A stretch of 33,479 nucleotides of DNA from a virus. Lineage: Duplodnaviria > Heunggongvirae > Uroviricota > Caudoviricetes. The notes beneath the pieces were generated by a model. It saw only the letters and a program-made list of their open reading frames with translations. It made no database searches and was not told the origin of the DNA. Each line of letters starts with the position of its first letter. Position 1 is the stretch's first letter. Location of the stretch: the IMG/VR virus record IMGVR_UViG_2531839128_000027. The stretch is one strand, 5' to 3'. Shown here one piece after another: positions 12,483 to 25,438 of the stretch. A program made the position numbers and the translations under genes.

Positions 12483-13346
12483 ATGATCCGCAGTATGACC
12501 GCCTACGCCCGGCGTGAAATCAAGGGTGAATGGGGGAGCGCAACCTGGGAAATGCGCTCGGTAAACCAGCGTTATCTGGAAACTTACTTTCGTCTGCCGG
12601 AGCAGTTCCGTAGCCTTGAACCTGTCGTTCGCGAGCGTATTCGTTCTCGCCTGACGCGCGGTAAAGTGGAATGTACCCTGCGCTATGAGCCAGATGTTAG
12701 CGCGCAAGGTGAGCTGATCCTCAACGAAAAACTGGCTAAACAGCTGGTAACTGCCGCGAACTGGGTAAAAATGCAGAGTGACGAAGGGGAAATCAACCCG
12801 GTTGATATTCTACGCTGGCCGGGCGTGATGGCAGCCCAGGAGCAGGATCTTGACGCCATTGCCGCTGAAATTCTCGCGGCGCTGGATGGTACGCTGGACG
12901 ACTTTATTGTCGCGCGCGAAACCGAAGGTCAGGCACTGAAAGCATTGATCGAGCAGCGTCTGGAAGGCGTCACCGCCGAAGTGGTCAAAGTCCGCGCCCA
13001 TATGCCGGAAATCCTGCAATGGCAGCGTGAGCGTCTGGTCGCGAAGCTGGAAGATGCTCAGGTTCAGTTGGAAAACAACCGTCTGGAGCAGGAGCTGGTT
13101 CTGCTGGCACAACGAATTGACGTTGCCGAAGAACTGGACCGCCTGGAAGCGCATGTCAAAGAGACCTACAACATTCTGAAGAAAAAAGAAGCCGTTGGTC
13201 GTCGTCTGGACTTTATGATGCAGGAATTCAACCGCGAGTCGAACACTCTTGCGTCGAAGTCTATCAATGCCGAAGTGACAAACTCCGCGATTGAGCTGAA
13301 AGTGTTGATTGAGCAGATGCGCGAGCAGATTCAGAACATTGAATAA
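12483..13346 (+). CDS. yicC: YicC-family protein (stress-induced; YicC-family endoribonuclease)
   Basis: 287-aa ORF MIRSMTAYARREIKGEWGSATWEMRSVNQRY..., the characteristic YicC N-terminus. Confidence 0.93.
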   Translation: MIRSMTAYARREIKGEWGSATWEMRSVNQRYLETYFRLPEQFRSLEPVVRERIRSRLTRGKVECTLRYEPDVSAQGELILNEKLAKQLVTAANWVKMQSDEGEINPVDILRWPGVMAAQEQDLDAIAAEILAALDGTLDDFIVARETEGQALKALIEQRLEGVTAEVVKVRAHMPEILQWQRERLVAKLEDAQVQLENNRLEQELVLLAQRIDVAEELDRLEAHVKETYNILKKKEAVGRRLDFMMQEFNRESNTLASKSINAEVTNSAIELKVLIEQMREQIQNIE

Positions 13347-13382
13347 CTCGTAACGCCAATTCTTACTTTTCAGCCTTCACAA

Positions 13383-13413
13383 ATGCCGCCCACTCAAACA
13401 GAGCGGCATTTTT
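13383..13413 (+). terminator. candidate terminator after yicC
   Basis: Stem ATGCCGC (13383..13389), 13-nt loop, stem GCGGCAT (13403..13409), then TTTTTCTT. The long loop lowers confidence. Confidence 0.45.
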
Positions 13414-13505
13414 CTTCCCCGCAACTTCAATTCTGTTTTGCGTGCCTGCTCCAGATTTTGCGATGTTTTTTTGCCCAGCACACTGAGAACGTGAGATACT
13501 CACAA

Positions 13506-13521
13506 CTGTATATAAATACAG
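13506..13521 (+). promoter_or_regulatory. LexA (SOS) box upstream of dinD
   Basis: CTGTATATAAATACAG, a perfect CTG-N10-CAG with an AT-rich core, about 45 bp upstream of the dinD start. Confidence 0.88.
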
Positions 13522-13566
13522 TTACAGATTTACTTTCTTTGCAATCGATATCACATGGAGTGGGCA

Positions 13567-14391
13567 ATGAACGAACATCATCAACCTTTTGAAGAAATAC
13601 GGCATTATGGCACTGAAGGGCAAGAATTTTGGTCAGCTAGAGAATTGGCACCGTTACTGGATTATCGGGACTGGCGCAATTTTCAAAAGGTACTGGCCCG
13701 CGCGACTCAAGCGTGCGAAGCCAGCAATCAAGCTGCATCTGACCATTTCGTTGAAACCACCAAAATGGTTGTATTAGGTTCAGGGGCTCAACGAGAACTT
13801 GAAGATGTTCATCTCTCCCGCTATGCCTGTTACCTGGTAGTACAAAACGGCGACCCTGCGAAACCGGTTATTGCGGCAGGGCAAACTTATTTTGCTATCC
13901 AGACCCGACGGCAGGAGCTGGCTGACGATGAAGCTTTCAGGCAACTTCGTGAAGACGAAAAGCGTCTTTTTCTGAGAAATGAATTGAAAGAACATAACAA
14001 ACAATTGGTTGAGGCAGCGCAGCAAGCTGGGGTAGCGACAGCTATCGATTTCGCCATATTTCAGAATCATGGTTACCGGGGGCTGTATGGTGGATTAGAT
14101 CAGAAAGCCATCCATCAGCGGAAGGGGCTGAAAAAGAGTCAGAAGATCCTGGATCATATGGGTTCAACAGAACTGGCGGCTAATCTCTTTCGAGCTACCC
14201 AAACAGAAGAAAAACTCAAGCGGGATGGCGTGAATTCAAAACAGCAAGCTAATACCACACACTTTGACGTGGGTAGCAAGGTGAGGCAAACCATTCAGGA
14301 ACTTGGCGGAACCATGCCTGAGGAGTTGCCGACCCCGCAGGTCAGCATCAAGCAGTTGGAAAACAGTGTAAAAATTACAGAGAAGAAATAG
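13567..14391 (+). CDS. dinD: DNA damage-inducible protein DinD
   Basis: The track ORF starts at 13555 (MEWAMNEHH...). The ATG at 13567 has a well-spaced GGAG SD and gives the 274-aa form; either start is possible. Confidence 0.9.
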   Translation: MNEHHQPFEEIRHYGTEGQEFWSARELAPLLDYRDWRNFQKVLARATQACEASNQAASDHFVETTKMVVLGSGAQRELEDVHLSRYACYLVVQNGDPAKPVIAAGQTYFAIQTRRQELADDEAFRQLREDEKRLFLRNELKEHNKQLVEAAQQAGVATAIDFAIFQNHGYRGLYGGLDQKAIHQRKGLKKSQKILDHMGSTELAANLFRATQTEEKLKRDGVNSKQQANTTHFDVGSKVRQTIQELGGTMPEELPTPQVSIKQLENSVKITEKK

Positions 14392-14682
14392 CAGAAACTA
14401 AAAACTCTTTTTGTTGATTGAGATACCCGATGCGTAAGCCAAAGTCCAGGTGCGGTGAACACAATGGCTAAACATTGCACCTTTCTTTTCCACCCCTCAA
14501 TTTTAACCTATTTTTTCTTATGCATTTTCTCAGACAAGAAGTCAGAAGAATGCATCTACGCTACAGAAAATAGCGATTTCACATAACTACAAGTTATCAA
14601 TTTCCTCTCACCTTAAAAAATCTCAATCGTGACAATACGCACAAATCGCTACCCTGCCAGACAGATTTTTAGGGAGAGAACC

Positions 14683-17860
<3,178 letters not shown>

Positions 17861-17914
17861 ACCTGATTTCAGTATCATGCCCAGTCATTTCTTCACCTGT
17901 GGAGCTTTTTAAGT

Positions 17915-18190
17915 ATGGCACGCGTAACTGTTCAGGACGCTGTAGAGAAAATTGGTAACCGTTTTGACCTGGTACTGGTCGCCGCGCGTCGCGCTCGTCA
18001 GATGCAGGTAGGCGGAAAGGATCCGCTGGTACCGGAAGAAAACGATAAAACCACTGTAATCGCGCTGCGCGAAATCGAAGAAGGTCTGATCAACAACCAG
18101 ATCCTCGACGTTCGCGAACGCCAGGAACAGCAAGAGCAGGAAGCCGCTGAATTACAAGCCGTTACCGCTATTGCTGAAGGTCGTCGTTAA
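17915..18190 (+). CDS. rpoZ: RNA polymerase omega subunit
   Basis: 91-aa [34 protein letters not shown]... Confidence 0.96.
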
Positions 18191-18208
18191 TCACAAAGCG
18201 GGTCGCCC

Positions 18209-20317
18209 TTGTATCTGTTTGAAAGCCTGAATCAACTGATTCAAACCTACCTGCCGGAAGACCAAATCAAGCGTCTGCGGCAGGCGTATCTCGTTGCACG
18301 TGATGCTCACGAGGGGCAAACACGTTCAAGCGGTGAACCCTATATCACGCACCCGGTAGCGGTTGCCTGCATTCTGGCCGAGATGAAACTCGACTATGAA
18401 ACGCTGATGGCGGCGCTGCTGCATGACGTGATTGAAGATACTCCCGCCACCTACCAGGACATGGAACAGCTTTTTGGTAAAAGCGTCGCCGAGCTGGTAG
18501 AGGGGGTGTCGAAACTTGATAAGCTCAAGTTCCGCGATAAGAAAGAGGCGCAGGCCGAAAACTTTCGCAAGATGATTATGGCGATGGTGCAGGATATCCG
18601 CGTCATTCTCATCAAACTTGCCGACCGTACCCACAACATGCGCACGCTGGGCTCACTTCGCCCGGACAAACGTCGCCGCATCGCCCGTGAAACTCTCGAA
18701 ATTTATAGCCCGTTGGCGCACCGTTTAGGTATCCACCACATTAAAACCGAACTCGAAGAGCTGGGTTTTGAGGCGCTGTATCCCAATCGTTACCGCGTAA
18801 TTAAAGAAGTGGTGAAAGCCGCGCGCGGCAACCGTAAAGAGATGATCCAAAAAATCCTCTCTGAAATCGAAGGGCGTTTGCAGGAAGCGGGAATACCGTG
18901 CCGCGTCAGTGGTCGCGAAAAGCATCTTTATTCGATTTACTGCAAAATGGTGCTCAAAGAGCAGCGTTTTCACTCAATCATGGACATCTACGCTTTCCGC
19001 GTGATCGTCAATGATTCTGACACCTGTTATCGCGTGCTCGGGCAAATGCATAGCCTGTACAAGCCGCGTCCGGGTCGCGTGAAAGACTATATCGCCATTC
19101 CTAAAGCGAACGGCTATCAGTCGTTGCACACCTCGATGATTGGCCCGCACGGCGTGCCGGTTGAGGTCCAGATCCGTACCGAAGATATGGATCAGATGGC
19201 GGAGATGGGTGTTGCCGCGCACTGGGCTTATAAAGAGCACGGCGAAACCAGTACTACCGCACAAATCCGCGCCCAGCGCTGGATGCAAAGCCTGCTGGAG
19301 CTGCAACAGAGCGCCGGTAGTTCGTTTGAATTTATCGAGAGCGTTAAATCCGATCTCTTCCCGGATGAGATTTACGTTTTCACACCGGAAGGGCGAATTG
19401 TCGAGCTGCCTGCCGGTGCAACGCCCGTCGACTTCGCTTATGCAGTGCATACCGATATCGGTCATGCCTGCGTGGGCGCACGCGTTGACCGCCAGCCTTA
19501 CCCGCTGTCGCAGCCGCTTACCAGCGGTCAAACCGTTGAAATCATTACCGCACCGGGCGCTCGCCCGAATGCCGCGTGGCTGAACTTTGTCGTTAGCTCA
19601 AAAGCGCGCGCCAAAATTCGTCAGTTGCTGAAAAACCTCAAGCGTGATGATTCTGTAAGCCTGGGCCGTCGTCTGCTCAACCATGCTTTGGGTGGTAGCC
19701 GTAAGCTGAATGAAATCCCGCAGGAAAATATTCAGCGCGAGCTGGATCGCATGAAGCTGGCAACGCTTGACGATCTGCTGGCAGAAATCGGCCTTGGTAA
19801 CGCAATGAGCGTGGTGGTCGCGAAAAATCTACAACATGGGGACGCCTCCATTCCACCGGCGACTCAAAGCCACGGGCATCTGCCGATCAAAGGCGCTGAT
19901 GGCGTGCTGATCACCTTTGCGAAATGCTGCCGCCCCATTCCTGGCGACCCGATTATCGCCCACGTCAGCCCCGGTAAAGGTCTGGTGATCCACCATGAAT
20001 CCTGCCGTAACATCCGTGGCTACCAGAAAGAGCCAGAGAAGTTTATGGCTGTGGAATGGGATAAAGAGACGGCGCAGGAGTTCATCACCGAAATCAAGGT
20101 GGAGATGTTCAATCATCAGGGTGCGCTGGCAAACCTGACGGCGGCAATTAACACCACGACCTCGAATATTCAAAGTTTGAATACGGAAGAGAAAGATGGT
20201 CGCGTCTACAGCGCCTTTATTCGTCTGACCGCTCGTGACCGTGTGCATCTGGCGAATATCATGCGCAAAATCCGCGTGATGCCAGACGTGATTAAAGTCA
20301 CCCGAAACCGAAATTAA
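18209..20317 (+). CDS. spoT: bifunctional (p)ppGpp synthetase II / hydrolase SpoT
   Basis: 702-aa ORF. The initiation codon at 18209..18211 is TTG, which the track shows as M. HD hydrolase domain, synthetase domain and C-terminal TGS/ACT region are all present. Confidence 0.95.
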   Translation: MYLFESLNQLIQTYLPEDQIKRLRQAYLVARDAHEGQTRSSGEPYITHPVAVACILAEMKLDYETLMAALLHDVIEDTPATYQDMEQLFGKSVAELVEGVSKLDKLKFRDKKEAQAENFRKMIMAMVQDIRVILIKLADRTHNMRTLGSLRPDKRRRIARETLEIYSPLAHRLGIHHIKTELEELGFEALYPNRYRVIKEVVKAARGNRKEMIQKILSEIEGRLQEAGIPCRVSGREKHLYSIYCKMVLKEQRFHSIMDIYAFRVIVNDSDTCYRVLGQMHSLYKPRPGRVKDYIAIPKANGYQSLHTSMIGPHGVPVEVQIRTEDMDQMAEMGVAAHWAYKEHGETSTTAQIRAQRWMQSLLELQQSAGSSFEFIESVKSDLFPDEIYVFTPEGRIVELPAGATPVDFAYAVHTDIGHACVGARVDRQPYPLSQPLTSGQTVEIITAPGARPNAAWLNFVVSSKARAKIRQLLKNLKRDDSVSLGRRLLNHALGGSRKLNEIPQENIQRELDRMKLATLDDLLAEIGLGNAMSVVVAKNLQHGDASIPPATQSHGHLPIKGADGVLITFAKCCRPIPGDPIIAHVSPGKGLVIHHESCRNIRGYQKEPEKFMAVEWDKETAQEFITEIKVEMFNHQGALANLTAAINTTTSNIQSLNTEEKDGRVYSAFIRLTARDRVHLANIMRKIRVMPDVIKVTRNRN

Positions 20318-20323
20318 TGTTTT

Positions 20324-21013
20324 ATGAACCCAACACGTTATGCACGCATCTGCGAAATGCTCGCCAGGCGGCAGCCTGATCTGACCGTCTGCATGGAGCA
20401 GGTCCACAAACCTCATAACGTTTCTGCGATTATTCGTACCGCAGATGCCGTTGGCGTACATGAAGTTCACGCCGTCTGGCCTGGTAGCCGCATGCGCACC
20501 ATGGCTTCGGCAGCGGCGGGTAGTAACAGCTGGGTACAGGTGAAAACACACCGCACCATTGGCGATGCCGTCGCTCATCTCAAAGGCCAGGGAATGCAGA
20601 TTCTGGCAACCCATCTTTCTGATAACGCTGTCGATTTCCGCGAAATTGATTACACTCGCCCGACCTGCATTTTGATGGGACAGGAGAAAACGGGCATCAC
20701 GCAGGAAGCATTGGCCCTGGCGGATCAGGACATCATCATTCCGATGATCGGCATGGTGCAGTCGCTGAATGTTTCCGTTGCCTCAGCCCTCATTCTTTAC
20801 GAAGCCCAGCGTCAGCGGCAAAATGCAGGCATGTACCTGCGTGAAAACAGCATGTTGCCGGAAGCAGAGCAACAACGCCTGTTGTTTGAAGGCGGCTATC
20901 CGGTGCTGGCGAAAGTCGCAAAACGCAAAGGCCTGCCTTATCCCCACGTCAATCAGCAAGGCGAGATCGAAGCTGATGCCGACTGGTGGGCTACTATGCA
21001 GGCTGCAGGGTAA
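20324..21013 (+). CDS. trmH: tRNA (Gm18) 2-prime-O-methyltransferase TrmH (SpoU)
   Basis: 229-aa ORF MNPTRYARICEMLARRQPDLTVCMEQVHKPHNVSAIIRTADAVG... (SPOUT fold), 6 nt downstream of spoT. Confidence 0.95.
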   Translation: MNPTRYARICEMLARRQPDLTVCMEQVHKPHNVSAIIRTADAVGVHEVHAVWPGSRMRTMASAAAGSNSWVQVKTHRTIGDAVAHLKGQGMQILATHLSDNAVDFREIDYTRPTCILMGQEKTGITQEALALADQDIIIPMIGMVQSLNVSVASALILYEAQRQRQNAGMYLRENSMLPEAEQQRLLFEGGYPVLAKVAKRKGLPYPHVNQQGEIEADADWWATMQAAG

Positions 21014-21018
21014 GTGCC

Positions 21019-23100
21019 ATGAAAGGTCGCCTGTTAGATGCTGTCCCACTCAGTTCCCTAACGGGCGTTGGCGCAGCACTTAGTAACAAACTGGCGAAAA
21101 TCAACCTGCATACCGTGCAGGATCTACTCTTACACCTTCCCCTGCGCTACGAAGATCGCACCCATCTCTACCCCATCGGAGAACTACTGCCGGGCGTTTA
21201 TGCCACGGTGGAAGGCGAAGTGCTGAACTGCAATATCTCCTTCGGCGGTCGGCGGATGATGACCTGCCAGATCAGCGACGGTTCCGGCATCCTCACCATG
21301 CGCTTTTTCAATTTCAGCGCGGCAATGAAAAATAGCCTGGCGACGGGCCGCCGTGTACTGGCTTATGGCGAAGCAAAGCGCGGTAAATATGGTGCGGAGA
21401 TGATCCACCCGGAATACCGCGTGCAGGGCGATCTCAGCACGCCAGAATTACAGGAAACGCTCACGCCGGTTTATCCAACAACGGAAGGCGTAAAGCAGGC
21501 CACGCTGCGTAAATTAACCGACCAGGCGCTGGATCTGCTCGACACCTGCGCCATTGAAGAACTCCTGCCGCCGGAACTGTCACAAGGAATGATGACGCTA
21601 CCGGAAGCGTTGCGCACTTTGCACCGCCCGCCACCGACGCTACAGCTTAGCGATCTGGAAACCGGGCAGCATCCGGCGCAACGTCGTCTGATTCTGGAAG
21701 AACTGCTGGCGCACAACCTCAGCATGTTAGCCTTACGTGCCGGAGCACAGCGTTTTCATGCCCAGCCGCTGAGCGCCAATGACACGCTGAAAAATAAACT
21801 CCTCGCCGCCTTACCGTTCAAGCCAACGGGCGCACAGGCACGCGTAGTGGCGGAGATCGAGCGCGATATGGCGCTGGATGTGCCGATGATGCGTCTGGTG
21901 CAGGGCGATGTAGGTTCCGGTAAAACGCTGGTCGCCGCCCTCGCCGCGTTGCGTGCGATTGCCCACGGCAAACAGGTAGCATTGATGGCACCAACCGAAT
22001 TACTCGCCGAGCAGCACGCCAATAACTTCCGCAACTGGTTTGCACCGCTCGGTATCGAAGTGGGCTGGCTCGCCGGTAAGCAGAAAGGTAAAGCACGGCT
22101 GGCACAGCAGGAAGCCATCGCCAGCGGTCAGGTGCAGATGATTGTCGGTACACACGCCATCTTCCAGGAACAGGTGCAGTTTAACGGCCTGGCGCTGGTG
22201 ATTATCGACGAACAGCATCGTTTTGGCGTGCATCAGCGTCTGGCATTGTGGGAGAAAGGCCAGCAGCAGGGCTTCCATCCGCATCAGTTGATCATGACCG
22301 CCACGCCGATCCCCCGCACGCTGGCAATGACTGCGTATGCCGATCTCGATACCTCGGTGATAGATGAGCTGCCGCCAGGCCGCACGCCAGTGACTACGGT
22401 CGCTATTCCTGATACCCGCCGTACCGACATCATTGACCGCGTGCGCCACGCCTGCATAACTGAAGGTCGTCAGGCATACTGGGTTTGTACGTTGATTGAA
22501 GAGTCGGAATTGCTGGAAGCGCAGGCGGCGGAAGCTACCTGGGAAGAGTTGAAACTGGCGCTACCAGAGTTGAACGTTGGCCTGGTACACGGGCGGATGA
22601 AACCTGTCGAGAAACAGGCGGTGATGGCGTCGTTTAAACAAGGTGAGCTACACCTGCTGGTTGCCACAACCGTTATTGAAGTCGGCGTTGATGTGCCTAA
22701 CGCCAGTCTGATGATTATCGAAAACCCGGAGCGTCTGGGTCTGGCGCAGTTACACCAGCTTCGCGGGCGTGTAGGTCGTGGTGCGGTGGCTTCTCACTGC
22801 GTGCTGCTCTACAAAACGCCGCTCTCCAAAACCGCGCAAATTCGGCTGCAAGTGCTGCGCGACAGCAACGACGGTTTTGTGATTGCACAGAAAGACTTAG
22901 AGATTCGCGGACCGGGTGAACTGTTAGGTACGCGTCAGACGGGTAATGCTGAGTTTAAAGTGGCGGATTTACTGCGCGATCAGGCGATGATCCCGGAAGT
23001 TCAGCGCCTGGCGCGACATATTCACGAACGTTACCCACAACAAGCAAAAGCCCTGATAGAACGCTGGATGCCGGAGACGGAACGTTACTCCAACGCATGA
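21019..23100 (+). CDS. recG: ATP-dependent DNA helicase RecG
   Basis: The track ORF starts at 20986; the conserved 693-aa RecG starts MKGRLLDAVPLSSLTGVGAA at ATG 21019. Walker A GDVGSGKT and DEQH box are present. It ends ...ERYSNA with TGA at 23098..23100. Confidence 0.96.
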   Translation: MKGRLLDAVPLSSLTGVGAALSNKLAKINLHTVQDLLLHLPLRYEDRTHLYPIGELLPGVYATVEGEVLNCNISFGGRRMMTCQISDGSGILTMRFFNFSAAMKNSLATGRRVLAYGEAKRGKYGAEMIHPEYRVQGDLSTPELQETLTPVYPTTEGVKQATLRKLTDQALDLLDTCAIEELLPPELSQGMMTLPEALRTLHRPPPTLQLSDLETGQHPAQRRLILEELLAHNLSMLALRAGAQRFHAQPLSANDTLKNKLLAALPFKPTGAQARVVAEIERDMALDVPMMRLVQGDVGSGKTLVAALAALRAIAHGKQVALMAPTELLAEQHANNFRNWFAPLGIEVGWLAGKQKGKARLAQQEAIASGQVQMIVGTHAIFQEQVQFNGLALVIIDEQHRFGVHQRLALWEKGQQQGFHPHQLIMTATPIPRTLAMTAYADLDTSVIDELPPGRTPVTTVAIPDTRRTDIIDRVRHACITEGRQAYWVCTLIEESELLEAQAAEATWEELKLALPELNVGLVHGRMKPVEKQAVMASFKQGELHLLVATTVIEVGVDVPNASLMIIENPERLGLAQLHQLRGRVGRGAVASHCVLLYKTPLSKTAQIRLQVLRDSNDGFVIAQKDLEIRGPGELLGTRQTGNAEFKVADLLRDQAMIPEVQRLARHIHERYPQQAKALIERWMPETERYSNA

Positions 23101-23951
23101 CCAGACTCATCACAAGACAAGTCACGCAGTAAATCTTCAATCTGGATAGTGAGGATATCCATTGCCTCATACGCATCCTGTGCAATTCGCGCCGCCATTG
23201 CGCCTTCCGGTTCACCACGCAGAATTTCAGCCGCTGCCTGTACGCCAGCCACAATCATTTCAGGTGTTAACATTTGGCGAAGAAAAGCGCGATTATCAGA
23301 GGACCAGCCATCTTTATGGCCTAATGGATGCCCCCAGCCTATCCATTCTTGCGACCATAACGGATTGGCTTCTATGGGATAAATTAGATGCACGGCATAC
23401 TGAATAGCACACACCGCTTTTCCTGGCGTATCCAGCGCCCACCAGCGCGACCAGAGAGAATGAATTAACGGCGCGGCCCCACCCAGAGTATTGAACACCG
23501 CCAGCCAGCAAAGAACGTTATTGAAACCACGCTCGTTATCCATACGCTGCAACGCGGTGTCCAGTAAAAATTGCCGTACCTGCTGGCGTTGGGAAGCATT
23601 CATCATCTCCTGCCAGAGATAGGGCCGACACAATGCCTTCATTAAGGATTCTTCGAAGTGATCACCATAACCGCCAGCTAAAACGGTTTCATGCCATTGC
23701 GCCAGGCAGAGCGGAAACAGATAGCGAAACAACTCTATTTGCATCGGTTCGTTATAAACGAGATTGAGTACATAGTAAGCACTCAAATCCCATACGCTGA
23801 TCTGCTGCCACTCTTTAGCCGCCAGCGCCTTGAGTTCGGCATCTGCGTAATCAAATTCCGTTTCCCATACACAGAGCACTGGCGGCTCATCACCAAAAAT
23901 ATGGCGACAGTGTTCACGTAGCGTTTCCGGTTCCTTCCGACGCTTTTTCAT
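23085..23951 (-). CDS. hypothetical Trp-rich protein of unknown function (288 aa), immediately downstream of gltS and convergently overlapping the recG 3-prime end
   Basis: Uninterrupted 867-nt ORF (MKKRRKEPETLREHCRHIFGDEPPVLCVWETEFDYADAELKALAAKEW...). Codon usage looks host-like (CTG, GCG, CGT, GAA rich) and there is no competing long ORF on the other strand. The start is 2 nt after the gltS stop and the stop lies 16 nt inside recG. I see no recognisable motif. The upstream SD is weak, so the exact start is uncertain. Confidence 0.65.
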   Translation of the reverse strand: MKKRRKEPETLREHCRHIFGDEPPVLCVWETEFDYADAELKALAAKEWQQISVWDLSAYYVLNLVYNEPMQIELFRYLFPLCLAQWHETVLAGGYGDHFEESLMKALCRPYLWQEMMNASQRQQVRQFLLDTALQRMDNERGFNNVLCWLAVFNTLGGAAPLIHSLWSRWWALDTPGKAVCAIQYAVHLIYPIEANPLWSQEWIGWGHPLGHKDGWSSDNRAFLRQMLTPEMIVAGVQAAAEILRGEPEGAMAARIAQDAYEAMDILTIQIEDLLRDLSCDESGHALE

Positions 23952-23953
23952 TT

Positions 23954-25159
23954 TTAACCGGCAAAAATCGGCAACATTAAATACAGCTTAATCACCAGCG
24001 CATTGACGATATCGATAAAGAACGCACCGACCATCGGCACCACCAAAAACGCCATGTGCGACGGGCCAAAGCGTTCAGTGATCGCCTGCATGTTGGCGAT
24101 TGCCGTTGGCGTTGCACCGAGGCCAAAACCACAGTGACCCGCAGCCAGCACTGCCGCATCGTAGTTTTTGCCCATCATGCGCCAGGTAACGAAGATGGCA
24201 TACAACGCCATGAAGATGGTCTGTACCACCAGAATCGCCAGCATCGGCAGCGCCAGCGAAGCCAGCTCCCACAGTTTCAGCCCCATCAGCGCCATCGCCA
24301 GGAACAACGACAGGCTTACGTTACCCAGCACGGATACCGCACGCTCAAAGACGCGGTAAAAGCCCATCATTGACAGACCGTTGCTCAGAATCACGCCAAC
24401 AAACAGTACACAGACGAAGGTCGGCAGTTCAAAAGCAGTGCCAGCCAAAAGTTGCGCAACAATTTTCCCCACCGTCAGGCAGATAGCAATCAGCGCGATA
24501 GTTTCAATCAGCACCAGCGAGGTGATCATGCGGCCCACATCCGGCTTTTCAAACGCCGTCGGGACTTCCTGGTCATCCGGAATACCGTTCGGCGTGGTGG
24601 AGTGTTTCACCAGATAGCGCGCCACCGGACCGCCAATCAAGCCGCCCAGCACCAGACCGAACGTTGCACAGGCCATCGCCACTTCCGTCGCATTGGTGAA
24701 GCCATAACGTTCAATGAACAATTTACTCCACGCAGCGCCCGTACCGTGACCGCCGGAAAGCGTAATAGAACCGGCCAACAGCCCCATCAGCGGATCAAGC
24801 CCTAACAGGCTAGCCATACCAATGCCAATGGCATTTTGCATCACCAACAGACCAACAACCACAATCAAGAAGATGCCAACCACACGCCCACCGGCACGCA
24901 AACTGGCAATGTTGGCGTTCAGGCCAATGGTGGCGAAGAAAGCCAGCATTAACGGATCGCGCAGGGACATATCAAAGTTGACTTCCCAGCCCATGCTTTT
25001 TTTCAGTACTAGTAGCGCCAGCGCCACCAACAAACCACCCGCAACAGGTTCCGGTATGGTGTATTTCTTCAAAAAGGAGACGGAATGGACCAACTTACGC
25101 CCGAGCAGCAACGTCAGCGTTGCGGCAACAAGCGTTGCTAAAGTATCGAGATGAAACAT
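23954..25159 (-). CDS. gltS: sodium/glutamate symporter GltS
   Basis: 401-aa polytopic membrane protein MFHLDTLATLVAATLTLLLGRKLVHS... of the same length and type as E. coli GltS. Confidence 0.95.
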   Translation of the reverse strand: MFHLDTLATLVAATLTLLLGRKLVHSVSFLKKYTIPEPVAGGLLVALALLVLKKSMGWEVNFDMSLRDPLMLAFFATIGLNANIASLRAGGRVVGIFLIVVVGLLVMQNAIGIGMASLLGLDPLMGLLAGSITLSGGHGTGAAWSKLFIERYGFTNATEVAMACATFGLVLGGLIGGPVARYLVKHSTTPNGIPDDQEVPTAFEKPDVGRMITSLVLIETIALIAICLTVGKIVAQLLAGTAFELPTFVCVLFVGVILSNGLSMMGFYRVFERAVSVLGNVSLSLFLAMALMGLKLWELASLALPMLAILVVQTIFMALYAIFVTWRMMGKNYDAAVLAAGHCGFGLGATPTAIANMQAITERFGPSHMAFLVVPMVGAFFIDIVNALVIKLYLMLPIFAG

Positions 25160-25344
25160 AGTTACTCCTTTGTATCCGCATCACTCTTTCATACTCGTCA
25201 TACTTCATCGCGCAGTGGCAACTTCATGAACTATGACGGGTATCGAGTTATGCTTTCCTGGGTCAAATTCTCAGCTGTTAATGAACAAATGGCATGGATT
25301 TTAAGCAGAAAAATACCAAAAGTTATATAAAAAAGTGCATTTAT

Positions 25345-25366
25345 CTCATTTAAATATTTAGATGAG
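25345..25366. promoter_or_regulatory. 22-bp near-perfect palindrome in the gltS-xanP divergent promoter region (candidate operator)
   Basis: CTCATTTAAAT|ATTTAGATGAG: the 11-bp half-sites match at 10 of 11 positions as inverted repeats. Centred about 83 bp upstream of the xanP ATG. Confidence 0.35.
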
Positions 25367-25438
25367 GATGTGGCAAACGTTTGCTTTTCTCTTTCGGTCA
25401 GCTAAAATGCCCGCTTTGCTACCACGGGATTGTTTTCG

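Noticed and set aside
14520-14555. Imperfect inverted repeat ATGCAT...ATGCAT upstream of yicG
   Set aside because: The inner arms match at only about 7 of 10 positions in AT-rich DNA, which is too weak to call an operator or terminator.
18974-19531. 185-aa minus-strand ORF inside spoT
   Set aside because: Antisense to a strongly supported conserved gene, with no independent support.
21756-22449. Three minus-strand ORFs of 111-149 aa inside recG
   Set aside because: They are antisense to the well-supported recG frame. Their Ala/Arg/Ser-rich low-complexity products are typical of the reverse frames of GC-rich coding sequence.
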